Source: Candidatus Omnitrophota bacterium
Lineage (GTDB): Bacteria > Omnitrophota > Gorgyraeia > Zapsychrales > Aceulaceae
DNA length: 64,000 nucleotides
Direction of reading: 5' to 3'
Assembly: GCA_029564765.1 (NCBI GenBank)
Contig: JAKQPK010000013.1
Coordinates: 125,753 to 189,752 of the forward strand
The translations under genes and the position numbers were made by a program. A model generated the notes under the pieces. The model ran no database searches. It was not told where the DNA came from and saw nothing but the letters and a program-made list of their open reading frames with translations. Every line of letters starts with the position of its first letter. Position 1 is the stretch's first letter. This document shows positions 9,700-19,273 of the stretch, piece by piece.

Positions 9700-12600
9700 C
9701 TAGAAGTATTTTGTGTAGAACAAGCGGATAATGTGTTGCGTATCCACTGTTGGCGTTGAACTGCCGATATAGGGAGTGCCAGTAGCGTAGCCCGTGTAGA
9801 TCGATGGCCCGACACCGTAAGAAGCAGTGATCTTGCTTTCGTCCCTTAACAGATATTGTGTTTCAAAGAAAAAATTGTGATGGCTCTGAAAATCAATTTC
9901 CCCTCTGTTGTTGCCTAAAGAATCTAGATCAAGCAATTTAGTTAGACTGTTCCATCGGCTCCACGTGTATTTTGTGTACATTTGAAGATTTGCTGTTGGC
10001 ATGTAGCTAACAGCCAATCCGACATGGTTCATGTTGTCATCAATAGGCCCTGCAAATTCATTGGGATTGCGGGTGTAGTCCAGATAAATATTCCATTTGT
10101 CGTTGGGCCTGAAATCAAGTCCTGTGCGGAAGATATTGTGGTATTCGTACGGTGGTAGCGAGAAAAAACCTTGACTATAAAGGAAATTGTAGTCGCTGCG
10201 GTAGATCCTTCCATAAGAACTATTTGTGATCGTGCTTGTGTCATTTAATATGCCGCGTGGGAAGTTATCTGCAGCGACAGTAAAATCATTTGTACGTTCC
10301 CAGATACCGCTCCATGCAACCCAATCTGTGAGCCAGTATTTTAAGCCTAAAGATGTCGTATACAGATTGGCATCTTCATTGTCAGGGATAGCGGCATTGG
10401 CCATTTGACCACCGTCAAGACGTGTCATGTATGGATCAAACCCTCCCGTCGTGCGCGGAACATGATGGGCTAGCAAAAGCATTTTTGTTTCAAATCGCGA
10501 ATTTGGCTGCCAACCCCATTCTGTGCGAGCAACTGTTTCAACATATTTATTCGTGCTGGCTTGATGAACATTGCGGATATCTGCCAGACCTTTTAATTTT
10601 GCATCCCAGAATGAAAGATCTGTCCGCCAATTTGCGACATAGCGGTCATAGTCGATACCGTTACCGATGCGGAAAGCGTTAATATCATCCGAAGAGATCG
10701 TTTGAAAGCTAACGGGATCCCGGAAGGTCAGATGGCGCCCCCAGAATTCATCATCACGCGTTTCTAGGTATGTTGAGAGGCTGGATTGAAATCCTTTGTC
10801 CATACGTGAAAGACGAAGGCGTGTTTTATAAAAAGTAGATTGACCGTCTTCTGGCTTGATCAGGAAATAATCCTGATCAGCGCCTTCAAGATAAGAGGAC
10901 GTTTTCATTAATTGTAGATCATAGGCAGATCCTCGTTGCTGAGAATCGTAAAAATCATTGGTTAGATCTTGCTGTAGGTAGGAGAAAGCGTATTGAGCGG
11001 AAACTTTTGAGCTAGGGCTTATCATGAGGCCTGAATCAACACTAGTAACGATATTATAAGCATCTAAATCTTGATTGATAAATCCAAGATGGGCGTTATC
11101 TGTGATGCCGACATAGAACTGCTCAGAGAAGCTTTGTTTTGCGCGGACACTGGTCGCTAAAGCATCAAAGACATCATAGTCTTGCCAGAGCGTTTTTGGT
11201 GAAGCGACCGTTGCAAGGATCTCTGTATTTTCTTTGCTAAAATTTGCCGAAAAGCCGCGCAACGCTGTTAAGCGATTTCCTTCACTGTCGCGTGTTGCAA
11301 AAGCTAGGTCGTCATTCCATTCGCCTTTTGTAAAATCAACAGGGATAGCGCCGGCATTGACATGTCCTGGCTTCCAGTTCGCCAGCCAAGGGCTCTCTTC
11401 CCACCAGGTTCTGTTGTTGGAAAGGCGCAAAGGATCGTCTGAGGACAACGCCTTATCTTCAAGACCGAAGGGGAAGACTTGAAGCTTGATTGTATCGTTG
11501 GGCTCATAGTCTACCCACAACTCGCGTACAGGCTGAAACCACATGTTAAGTTTTGTATCAGGTAAGAGAAGCTTGTTCCCGAATTTTGTATTCAAGGATG
11601 TGCTGGCAACATGACCATTGACCACTTTTAGCTCGGGGATGGACATAAGGTCGCCAACGTACAGAGTGTCGGCATTCAGGCCCATGGTGTAGGCACTGTT
11701 GCCTGCGTATAGGATCTGTACGTCCGCATAATCTGTCCATGTTCCCAGTGCGCCACTATCACGCAATGTCATCTTTTTTGATTTTCCAACATAGCTCCAG
11801 GGGTCAAGGGCAATGTTCGTGTGAAACGAAAAAGGATTGCCAATAGGCTCGATATCAACATCAAATTTCATTTGGCTGTAAATGGCAGGGTCGTAGGTGT
11901 TGATGCGCTGGTTCAGCTGATCCCCGGAGAGAAGGCGATAATTCTTTTCATTGAGGTCAAAGTTCGCGCGTTTCCAGATAAACTCGCCACCCCCGGATGT
12001 TTCAAAGCCAAAGCCTGCGCGTACTTTACCGTGGACCATGACCTCTTCAGGCTTGGTTTCCTGATACTCTTTTTGCTTAGAAGAAAACGATCGATCATCA
12101 ACAGATTTCTGAGGAGCGATGTCTTCATCGCCGAAGGCTTCAAGCATTTTTGCTTCAGAGACAGTCTCAGCATTGAGCGCGGAAGCAAGGGTCTGACGAA
12201 CTGTCCGAGCAGGAGGATGGCTAGTGACCGCCTGCTGGCCTTTTGTATGCTGAGCGTATTCTTGCTCCAGCTCTTTGATCGCGTGAAATTTGTTGAGTTC
12301 GTCGTTAATAGCTTTGTCGCGGTTTTCAGCATATGATACTGAGGATCGCGCGTTTTCTATGGATTGTCGGCAGAGAGGAAGGTATTTGAGGGCATCAGGA
12401 TTGCCAGGTTCTCTGTTCAAGGCCGCTTCAAATTTCTTTGCGGCTTCAACATATTGTCCTTGGCCGTATAAAAAAAGACCCATTTCAGCATCGATATTGC
12501 TAGCTGTTGCTATGAAGGGAAACATGGAAAAAAGAACGAAAACAAAAAACCCTAACGAATAAATCGTTACCGACTTTATAGAGCGGTTCTTTTGGCTCAA
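9700..12600 (-). CDS. large outer-membrane protein with an N-terminal TPR-like region and a C-terminal aromatic-rich predicted beta-barrel
   Basis: It has a signal peptide and a TPR-like 'YGQGQYVEAAKKFEAALNREPGNPDALKYL'. About 700 aa follow with alternating aromatic/hydrophilic beta-strand character, ending in 'LFYTKYF', the C-terminal aromatic signature of an OM beta-barrel. It is transcribed divergently from the ABC sugar operon. Confidence 0.55.
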   Translation of the reverse strand: MSQKNRSIKSVTIYSLGFFVFVLFSMFPFIATASNIDAEMGLFLYGQGQYVEAAKKFEAALNREPGNPDALKYLPLCRQSIENARSSVSYAENRDKAINDELNKFHAIKELEQEYAQHTKGQQAVTSHPPARTVRQTLASALNAETVSEAKMLEAFGDEDIAPQKSVDDRSFSSKQKEYQETKPEEVMVHGKVRAGFGFETSGGGEFIWKRANFDLNEKNYRLLSGDQLNQRINTYDPAIYSQMKFDVDIEPIGNPFSFHTNIALDPWSYVGKSKKMTLRDSGALGTWTDYADVQILYAGNSAYTMGLNADTLYVGDLMSIPELKVVNGHVASTSLNTKFGNKLLLPDTKLNMWFQPVRELWVDYEPNDTIKLQVFPFGLEDKALSSDDPLRLSNNRTWWEESPWLANWKPGHVNAGAIPVDFTKGEWNDDLAFATRDSEGNRLTALRGFSANFSKENTEILATVASPKTLWQDYDVFDALATSVRAKQSFSEQFYVGITDNAHLGFINQDLDAYNIVTSVDSGLMISPSSKVSAQYAFSYLQQDLTNDFYDSQQRGSAYDLQLMKTSSYLEGADQDYFLIKPEDGQSTFYKTRLRLSRMDKGFQSSLSTYLETRDDEFWGRHLTFRDPVSFQTISSDDINAFRIGNGIDYDRYVANWRTDLSFWDAKLKGLADIRNVHQASTNKYVETVARTEWGWQPNSRFETKMLLLAHHVPRTTGGFDPYMTRLDGGQMANAAIPDNEDANLYTTSLGLKYWLTDWVAWSGIWERTNDFTVAADNFPRGILNDTSTITNSSYGRIYRSDYNFLYSQGFFSLPPYEYHNIFRTGLDFRPNDKWNIYLDYTRNPNEFAGPIDDNMNHVGLAVSYMPTANLQMYTKYTWSRWNSLTKLLDLDSLGNNRGEIDFQSHHNFFFETQYLLRDESKITASYGVGPSIYTGYATGTPYIGSSTPTVDTQHIIRLFYTKYF

Positions 12601-12772
12601 GATGACCTCAGAATTCTATTAAATAAGATTAATTAATATGTGAAACTAAATAAGTATAACATATAAAAAATAAAGAAAGCAAGACAGCTTTTGGATTTTT
12701 CGGTCTTTATATAAAGGATGATCTGGATAAAGGCGTTGTCTTTTTATGTCGAGAAAGTGCGAACCGTTGCTT

Positions 12773-12801
12773 TTGACAAGAAAAAGGCTTTATGTTATAC
12801 T
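12773..12801 (+). promoter_or_regulatory. near-consensus sigma70-type promoter (TTGACA, 17 nt spacer, TATACT) in front of the sugar ABC operon
   Basis: TTGACA lies at 12773-12778, followed by a 17-nt spacer and TATACT at 12796-12801. The element sits in a 270-bp AT-rich divergent intergenic region. Confidence 0.5.
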
Positions 12802-12870
12802 GCGATTTCTAATCAGCGCGCGGGGAAGGATACCTGCGGGTAATGTTAACCATCTGGAGTCCTCGGCTTC

Positions 12871-14151
12871 ATGAAAAGAATACTGCCTGTTGTTCTCGCT
12901 GTTTTTCTTCTTGCTGGCTGCTCTCCACTCATCGAACAAAAAGATACGATCACCATTTGGCATTGGATGACTGACCGCCAAGATGCTTTCACAAGACTTG
13001 CTCAGCAGTATGAGCAGAAAACAGGCGTGAAGGTTCGATTTGAGCTTTATGCGCCTTCTGATATTTATTCTAGAAAGATCGTTGCCGCGGCCCAGGCGAG
13101 GGCTTTGCCGGATATTTTTGGCATTCTTGGCGAGAAGAAAAGACTTGCGCTGTTCGTTGAAAGCGGGTTTGTGGCGGATCTGACCGACGAGTTCGAGAAA
13201 AACGATGCCTTGTGGGAAAAAAGCTTTTTTGAAAAAGCTTTGAACGTGAATCGTTTTGAACCTGACAACGCTTACAAAGTTAAGCCAGGCATTTACGGCG
13301 TTCCTTTGGATGTCACGAATATCCAGATGCTTTACAATGAAGAATTATTTGTGAAAGCCGGCATCAAAGAACCTCCTGAAACATTTGATCAGTTCTTGGA
13401 AAATATTGCTGTTCTTAATCGTCTTGGCATTGATGGGTTCGTTTCTGGGTGGGGCGAGAATTGGATGATCGACTGCTTTTCCTCGATTTATGCTCTGAAC
13501 ATAATGGGGGAAGAGAAAGTGATGGCTACTTATCGGGGAGAGGTTTCTTATACGGATGAAGATTGGATCAAGGTGCTATCTCTTTTTAAGACGATGCGTG
13601 ACCATAAAGCTTTGGTTCCCGGTATCGTAACGAAGGGCAACAAGTACGCAGAGCAAGATTTTGCTTTGGGACGTGCCGCTTTTGCTTTTAACGGGTCTTG
13701 GTGTGTTAATGTTTATGATAAAATGAATCCAGCGTTGCAGTATAAGGTTATGCTGCCTCCGCGCGTTGATCCCGATGTGCCCATGCAAATTTGGGGCGGC
13801 GCAGGGTCTTCTTTTGTTGTGAACCAGACGGCGGGTAACAGGCAACGGATCATTGATTTCTTAAAATGGCTGACCGGCAAGGAGCAACAGGTTTTCCTTT
13901 CCCAAGAAACAAAAAATCTGCCATCCAATCGCGAAGCCTTGTCTGAGATCCCGGATGTCTTGCTTCAGTTTGCTAAGGCAATGGACATCACCACGCATCC
14001 ATCGCTTTGGCCTTATAATGAGTCGCCCCTTGTCACGGAAGCATTTTGCAAAGGTATTCAAGCCATCATTATAGGTGAGGCAACCCCTGAGAAAGTCGCG
14101 ACTGATGTACAACGCCTTAAGGAACGTGAAATGAAAAGGGAGCGACAGTAA
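12871..14151 (+). CDS. ABC transporter substrate-binding lipoprotein for carbohydrates (family 1 solute-binding protein)
   Basis: The lipobox 'LLAGCSP' is present. Size and composition fit MalE/UgpB-type sugar-binding proteins. It is the first gene of an operon with two permeases. Confidence 0.7.
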   Translation: MKRILPVVLAVFLLAGCSPLIEQKDTITIWHWMTDRQDAFTRLAQQYEQKTGVKVRFELYAPSDIYSRKIVAAAQARALPDIFGILGEKKRLALFVESGFVADLTDEFEKNDALWEKSFFEKALNVNRFEPDNAYKVKPGIYGVPLDVTNIQMLYNEELFVKAGIKEPPETFDQFLENIAVLNRLGIDGFVSGWGENWMIDCFSSIYALNIMGEEKVMATYRGEVSYTDEDWIKVLSLFKTMRDHKALVPGIVTKGNKYAEQDFALGRAAFAFNGSWCVNVYDKMNPALQYKVMLPPRVDPDVPMQIWGGAGSSFVVNQTAGNRQRIIDFLKWLTGKEQQVFLSQETKNLPSNREALSEIPDVLLQFAKAMDITTHPSLWPYNESPLVTEAFCKGIQAIIIGEATPEKVATDVQRLKEREMKRERQ

Positions 14152-14157
14152 TCTGCC

Positions 14158-15084
14158 ATGCGTGTTGCTAGCGTGAAGAATCCATCTGCTGTGAACATCA
14201 AAGATCTTTTTGGTAATTATCTATTCATCTTACCAGCCGTTCTTATCTTCTCTCTTTTTTACGTCTATCCTTTCTTTGAAATCTTTTATCTTTCATTATA
14301 TGAGTGGAATGGTATTTCTACGACCCGTCATTTTATTGGGCTTGGTAATTTCTTTGAGATCATGCAGGATAAGGTTTGGTGGATGTCTGTATGGCATGCG
14401 GCATACATCACGCTCATTGCCCTGACCTTTCAGAATGCCCTAGCTTTCGCGTTAGCACTTTCCTGTGATAGGGATATCCGTATGCGCAGGTTTTATCGTT
14501 TTGTTTTCTATCTTCCTCCGGTTTTGTCAGAGGTTGTTGTTGGTCTGATCTGGCGTTGGATCCTGAGCGCGAGCATGCAGGGGGGGGAACCCGTTGGCCT
14601 GCTGAATTATTTCTTGACAAAAGCACATTTATATCATTTAATGCGAGATTGGCTGTCTGATCCTCGAACGGCGTTAACATCGATCGCCATTGTTCACAGC
14701 TGGAAAGGTTTTGGTTGGGGATTTATCATTTTGCTCGCTGGACTACAGACCATCGACCGCCAACTCTATGAGGCCGCACGCGTTGATGGCGCCAGTTCTC
14801 TGAGCATTTTGAAGAATATTACCATTCCCATGATGGTTCCGGTCTTCATCATGGTCATGATCCTGACGATCCTGGGTTCTATGCAGGTTTTTGTTCTGGT
14901 TCTCTCAATGGTGGGACAGGGTTTGGTCTATCATACAGAAGTTCCCGTTACGCGCATTCTTGATTCTATGATCGGAACAAGCCGTTTCGGCTACGCTTGC
15001 GCGCAAGGGATCGTCTTTGGTGGGATCCTGGTCGTTGGTTCTTTTATTTTACATAAATTCTCAAAGAAGGTAAGACAAGAATAA
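14158..15084 (+). CDS. sugar ABC transporter permease (MalF/UgpA-like)
   Basis: Six TM helices and the EAA-type motif region 'YEAARVDGASSLSILKNITIP' typical of CUT1 permeases. Confidence 0.75.
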   Translation: MRVASVKNPSAVNIKDLFGNYLFILPAVLIFSLFYVYPFFEIFYLSLYEWNGISTTRHFIGLGNFFEIMQDKVWWMSVWHAAYITLIALTFQNALAFALALSCDRDIRMRRFYRFVFYLPPVLSEVVVGLIWRWILSASMQGGEPVGLLNYFLTKAHLYHLMRDWLSDPRTALTSIAIVHSWKGFGWGFIILLAGLQTIDRQLYEAARVDGASSLSILKNITIPMMVPVFIMVMILTILGSMQVFVLVLSMVGQGLVYHTEVPVTRILDSMIGTSRFGYACAQGIVFGGILVVGSFILHKFSKKVRQE

Positions 15085-15095
15085 AAATAGGGATT

Positions 15096-15941
15096 ATGGC
15101 TGTTAGCAATTATAAATGGATCAGGGTCGTTCAGTCAGTGTTCTCGCACGTGTTCTTGATTTTTGTTGCTCTGACATGTTTGTTTCCCCTCCTATGGATG
15201 CTGCGGTCATCCTTAATGACCAATGAAACTATTTTTATTGATAAGGCCCTAATCCCGCAAACGCTTCATTTTAACAATTTTTATTTGGCCTGGACGCAGG
15301 GTAAGTTTGGGGTCTATTTTTTAAACAGCATCATCTATACTGCCAGCGCTGTTTTTGCCATCATTGTTATTGCCTCTCTGGCCGCTTATGCGTTCTCTCG
15401 ATTACAGTTCCCGGGAAAGAATTTCTTTTTTTATTTGTTTTTAGCTGCCATGATGATCCCTTTGCCCGGCAGCTTTGTCCCGCTGGTCGTTCTCATGAAC
15501 AAACTTCATTTAGCTAATACGCGCATCGGCTACATCCTGTGCATGATCAATGTCGGTTTATCGCTGAGCATTTATATTCTTAAGACGTTCTTTGATAAGA
15601 TGCCTTCAGCTTTAGAAGATGCGGCGCGTATAGACGGTTGCTCAAAGCTGGGGATCTGGTTCCATGTGGCCTTGCCATTGGCGCGTCCGGCGATCGCCGT
15701 TGTTGTTATTTTTAATACTTTAAATATTTGGAACGAGTATATTTTGGCAACATTGTTGCTGAATCATGAGCACCTGATGCCTTTGCAAAGAGGCTTAATG
15801 GTGTATCAGGGAGCGTACAGCGTTGACTATCCTATGCTGATGGCAGGATTGTCGATCACGGCTGCTCCGGTCGTTCTGGTCTATCTGTTCATGCAAAAAC
15901 ATATTATTAAAGGTCTCTCGGAAGGAGCTACGGCTGGATAA
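15096..15941 (+). CDS. sugar ABC transporter permease (MalG/UgpE-like)
   Basis: The EAA motif 'LEDAARIDGCSKLGIWFHVALPLARPAIA' is present. It is the second permease of the CUT1 importer. Confidence 0.75.
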   Translation: MAVSNYKWIRVVQSVFSHVFLIFVALTCLFPLLWMLRSSLMTNETIFIDKALIPQTLHFNNFYLAWTQGKFGVYFLNSIIYTASAVFAIIVIASLAAYAFSRLQFPGKNFFFYLFLAAMMIPLPGSFVPLVVLMNKLHLANTRIGYILCMINVGLSLSIYILKTFFDKMPSALEDAARIDGCSKLGIWFHVALPLARPAIAVVVIFNTLNIWNEYILATLLLNHEHLMPLQRGLMVYQGAYSVDYPMLMAGLSITAAPVVLVYLFMQKHIIKGLSEGATAG

Positions 15942-18253
15942 TGAAAAAAAATCTCTACCTATCGATCGTTGCAACTGTTCTTTTTTCTATGTTCTTTTTG
16001 TCTCAGGCCTCGGCACAAATTTTAAGCTCGCAAGAATATGTCCGCAAAGCCTGGGAGGCATCTTCACAGAATAACTTTGAAGAAGTTGACCGACTCACTG
16101 ATGAATGTGTGTTGCACTATAATGATCAAGCCAAGCAACAACAAGCGTCCTTAACGGGATTCGCTGACAAGGGGACCGAAAGCCAATATCAGGCGCTAAA
16201 CGATGTCGCAACAGCTTTGTTCATTCACGCAGAGTCTTTGATGAAGCAAGGAAAGACCGAAGACTCCAGAAAACTTTTTATGCGGATCATTGAGGAGTTT
16301 TCTTGGGCGCAAAGCTGGGATCCGCGCGGCTGGTATTGGGCTCCTGCTGAAAAAGCTCAAGCTAGTATCGATAAGCTCGACGGGAAATATGAACAAAAAC
16401 AGGTTGTCAAGGTCGACCGCGGACCAAAAACACTGCCGACCCTCAGCTTTCCAGGAGCAGAAAAGATCATTGACTATAAAAAATACGGACATTTTGTCGG
16501 TGTTGGAACTAAAGAGTATGAATATGTAATAGATGATCCTGAAGGCCTGATGAAGGCTGTGGGTCAATGCATCTATCCGAACACTAGCAGTCTTTTGAAA
16601 GATCCGGTTTACCGCCAGATGGTAAAGGATGGAAAGCTCGGGGGCAGCCATTGGGATTTTGTGCATACGGATGACTTGCAGAAAGCCGTTTATAAATGGG
16701 CTTCTTCATCAGAAAATTGGGGCGTTAAGCTTTTTTACATGGGCCTCTTGTTCGAACGAGCCCATATGTGGTATGAGGCTATCAAATGTTATCGCGCTAT
16801 TCAAATTCACTTTCCACAGTCTGTTGGACGTACTTATTGGAACACGCCTTGGTATCCAGGACAAGCTGCGATCGCGAAAATACGCCATTTGATCAATATC
16901 CGTCCTGAATTAGATCTCAAGTATGTTGGCGCGAAGATCCAGGTGATCAACGGTTTTGATAATGATGTGGCCAACGATATTGTTTTAACTTGGCCCGGGG
17001 AATTACGTAAAAAGAACATTTGGGACAAAGTCCAAGAGAAATTTGCTTCATTTTTTCCTGAGAAACAGTGTGTTTTTAGTCCATCTAATTCCAAGAAGGT
17101 TTTAGGAGCTGGTCGGGTGCGTCTTTTGCAATGCAAAGAAAGCGGACATTGGCAGCTTCAGATCGATGAGAAACCAGCCATGATCAAAGCTGTTACCTAT
17201 GTGGCAACAAAGGTCGGGCAAAGTCCAGACAATGGAACTTTGGCTGATTGGATGGTGGAGGATACGAACCATAATGGAAAACCCGATGGTCCTTTTGATA
17301 GCTGGGTAGACAAGAATCGCAATAATAAACAGGATAGCGATGAGCCAGTTGTTGGGGATTTCCAGCTTCTTAAGGAAATGGGTGTTAATGCGATCCGTAT
17401 TTATAAGCAGCCTTATAATGCTGACAAAGAGCTTTTACGCAAGTTGTATAATGACTATGGCATCATGGTCATTATGGGTGATTTCTTGGGAAAGTACGCT
17501 CTTGGTTCTGGCGCGAGTTGGTTCGAGGGAACGGATTACGATAATCCTGAACACAAAAAGAACATGATGGAGTCCGTTCGTAAAATGGTTGAGGAATTCA
17601 AGGATGAGCCTTATGTTCTTTTTTGGCTTTTAGGCAACGAAAATAATTATGGCTTAGGATGCAATGCGGATAAAAAACCAGAAAGCTATTTTAAATTCGT
17701 TGAAGAAGTTGCCCAGATGATCAAATCTATTGATAAGAATCATCTTGTGGCTGTTTGCAATGGAGATACCTTATTTTTGGATATTTTTGCTGAAAACTGT
17801 CCTTCTGTTGATATTTTTGGTGCGAACGCTTATCGTGGGGATTATGGATTTGGCTCTTATTGGGCGCAGGTTTTTGAACTTACCGGGCGCCCCGCCTTTA
17901 TTACAGAGTATGGATGTCCAGCATACGCAAATTTTCTTAGTCCGGAAGAAGCGGAGCAAGCTCAGGCTGATTATCATCAGGGAGCTTGGGAGGATATGCT
18001 TTTTAACGCGGCTGGATCGAAGGAAGGTGTCGGGAACGCTTTAGGTGGGGTTGTCTTTGAGTGGATGGACGAATGGTGGAAGAATTATGAACCCTATTAT
18101 CATGATAAAACCGCTGGCGCTAAAGGGCCTTTCCCGGATGGTTTTATGTATGAAGAGTGGTTTGGCATCATTGGACAGGGAGATGGCAGCCATAGCCCGT
18201 TCTTGCGGCAACTTCGTAAAGCTTATGAGTATTATAAGAAGGCCTGGAATTAA
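15941..18253 (+). CDS. secreted two-domain protein: N-terminal helical repeat domain plus C-terminal clan GH-A (TIM-barrel, GH5/GH2-like) glycoside hydrolase
   Basis: It has a signal peptide. The 'WLLGNENNYG' (acid/base NE) and 'AFITEYGCPAY' (nucleophile E) blocks are spaced as in clan GH-A retaining glycosidases. The N-terminal ~135 aa are homologous to the repeats of the following gene. Confidence 0.6.
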   Translation: MKKNLYLSIVATVLFSMFFLSQASAQILSSQEYVRKAWEASSQNNFEEVDRLTDECVLHYNDQAKQQQASLTGFADKGTESQYQALNDVATALFIHAESLMKQGKTEDSRKLFMRIIEEFSWAQSWDPRGWYWAPAEKAQASIDKLDGKYEQKQVVKVDRGPKTLPTLSFPGAEKIIDYKKYGHFVGVGTKEYEYVIDDPEGLMKAVGQCIYPNTSSLLKDPVYRQMVKDGKLGGSHWDFVHTDDLQKAVYKWASSSENWGVKLFYMGLLFERAHMWYEAIKCYRAIQIHFPQSVGRTYWNTPWYPGQAAIAKIRHLINIRPELDLKYVGAKIQVINGFDNDVANDIVLTWPGELRKKNIWDKVQEKFASFFPEKQCVFSPSNSKKVLGAGRVRLLQCKESGHWQLQIDEKPAMIKAVTYVATKVGQSPDNGTLADWMVEDTNHNGKPDGPFDSWVDKNRNNKQDSDEPVVGDFQLLKEMGVNAIRIYKQPYNADKELLRKLYNDYGIMVIMGDFLGKYALGSGASWFEGTDYDNPEHKKNMMESVRKMVEEFKDEPYVLFWLLGNENNYGLGCNADKKPESYFKFVEEVAQMIKSIDKNHLVAVCNGDTLFLDIFAENCPSVDIFGANAYRGDYGFGSYWAQVFELTGRPAFITEYGCPAYANFLSPEEAEQAQADYHQGAWEDMLFNAAGSKEGVGNALGGVVFEWMDEWWKNYEPYYHDKTAGAKGPFPDGFMYEEWFGIIGQGDGSHSPFLRQLRKAYEYYKKAWN

Positions 18254-18259
18254 CAATTT

Positions 18260-18289
18260 TTGGCAAACCCGAAGGTTTTATGCTATACT
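18260..18289 (+). promoter_or_regulatory. candidate sigma70 promoter (TTGGCA, 18 nt spacer, TATACT)
   Basis: -35 at 18260-18265 and -10 at 18284-18289. The RBS 'AGGAGG' follows before the ATG at 18351. Confidence 0.4.
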
Positions 18290-18350
18290 CACTTTTACAT
18301 TTGGCCCATAGATGATCTTTTATCAAAATCACAAAAGGAGGAGTAGCGGT

Positions 18351-19208
18351 ATGAGAAAAATTTTTATTGCGGCTTTGTTGATCCTTGGAATTGGGATCGT
18401 GAGCCCTGTCACGGCGTCAGCTTATAATTTTGGTGATTATCGCTCTGTGACATTGACGAGCAAGGCATGGGAAGCCCTTAATGCCGGTGACGTTGAAGCA
18501 GTTTTGGCTTACACCAAGAAATGTATTGAACTTTATGGTGAGCAAGCTAAGAAAATGCAAGCTTCTTTAAAAGATTATGTGAAGGGCACAAACGAGGAAG
18601 TGTTTAAGAACTGGGCGCTTAATGATGTTTCTGTCTGCCTTTTCATCCAAGGTGAAGCCTATCGTAAGGCAAAAATGATGGATGAAGCCAAAGAAGCCTA
18701 CCAGAAAGTTATTAATGATTATAAATTCGGTCAGTGCTGGGATAATGGCGGGTGGTTCTGGAAGCCAGCGGAAGCTGCCAAGGAACGCTTGGACGCGATC
18801 ATCAAGGGTATTAATGTTGATTTTGGTGACATGAAATCTTCCACCTTGACCACTAAGGCATGGGAGGCTTACAACAAAAACGATCTTGAATCCGTCCTTC
18901 TGTATACCAATAAATGTATCGCAACTTACGGTGAAGAAGCTAAGAAGATGCAGGCTTCTCTTTCGGAATATCCATGGGAAAATAATGAAAAGATCTTTTC
19001 TTATTGGGCATTAAACGATGTTGGGACCTGTTTCTTTATTCAAGGGGATGCATATAAAAAAGCAGGAAAGGCAAAGGAAGCAGAAAAAGCTTTTGGTCAA
19101 TTGATCAAGGAATATTATTTTGCTCAAGCATGGGATCCCCAGGGTTGGTTCTGGAAGCCTTCAGAAGCAGCTGAGCAAAGATTAGAAGAAATGAAGGAAA
19201 ACCAGTAA
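18351..19208 (+). CDS. secreted protein made of two tandem copies of a ~130-aa helical domain ('KAWEA...WALNDV...WDPQGWFWKP')
   Basis: The start was moved to the Met at 18351 (MRKIFIAALL...) because the RBS 'AGGAGG' sits 7 nt upstream, and the 18312 Met would lie upstream of that RBS. A signal peptide is present. The two internal repeats share long identical blocks with each other and with the N-terminus of the preceding gene. Confidence 0.6.
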   Translation: MRKIFIAALLILGIGIVSPVTASAYNFGDYRSVTLTSKAWEALNAGDVEAVLAYTKKCIELYGEQAKKMQASLKDYVKGTNEEVFKNWALNDVSVCLFIQGEAYRKAKMMDEAKEAYQKVINDYKFGQCWDNGGWFWKPAEAAKERLDAIIKGINVDFGDMKSSTLTTKAWEAYNKNDLESVLLYTNKCIATYGEEAKKMQASLSEYPWENNEKIFSYWALNDVGTCFFIQGDAYKKAGKAKEAEKAFGQLIKEYYFAQAWDPQGWFWKPSEAAEQRLEEMKENQ

Positions 19209-19273
19209 GTCTTTATATTCGAAAGACTTATTTTCCTTGTTAAATATTAAATATTTTAATGTAAAGGGCTTTT

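Noticed and set aside
11821-12336. 171-aa plus-strand and 139-aa minus-strand ORFs inside the large outer-membrane protein gene
   Set aside because: Antisense or alternative-frame ORFs within a 966-aa gene whose C-terminal beta-barrel signature supports the annotated frame.
18312-18350. ORF-track start (Met at 18312) for the tandem-repeat secreted protein
   Set aside because: The consensus RBS 'AGGAGG' lies downstream of that Met and directly upstream of the Met at 18351. A candidate promoter -10 ends at 18289, leaving too short a leader for the 18312 start.
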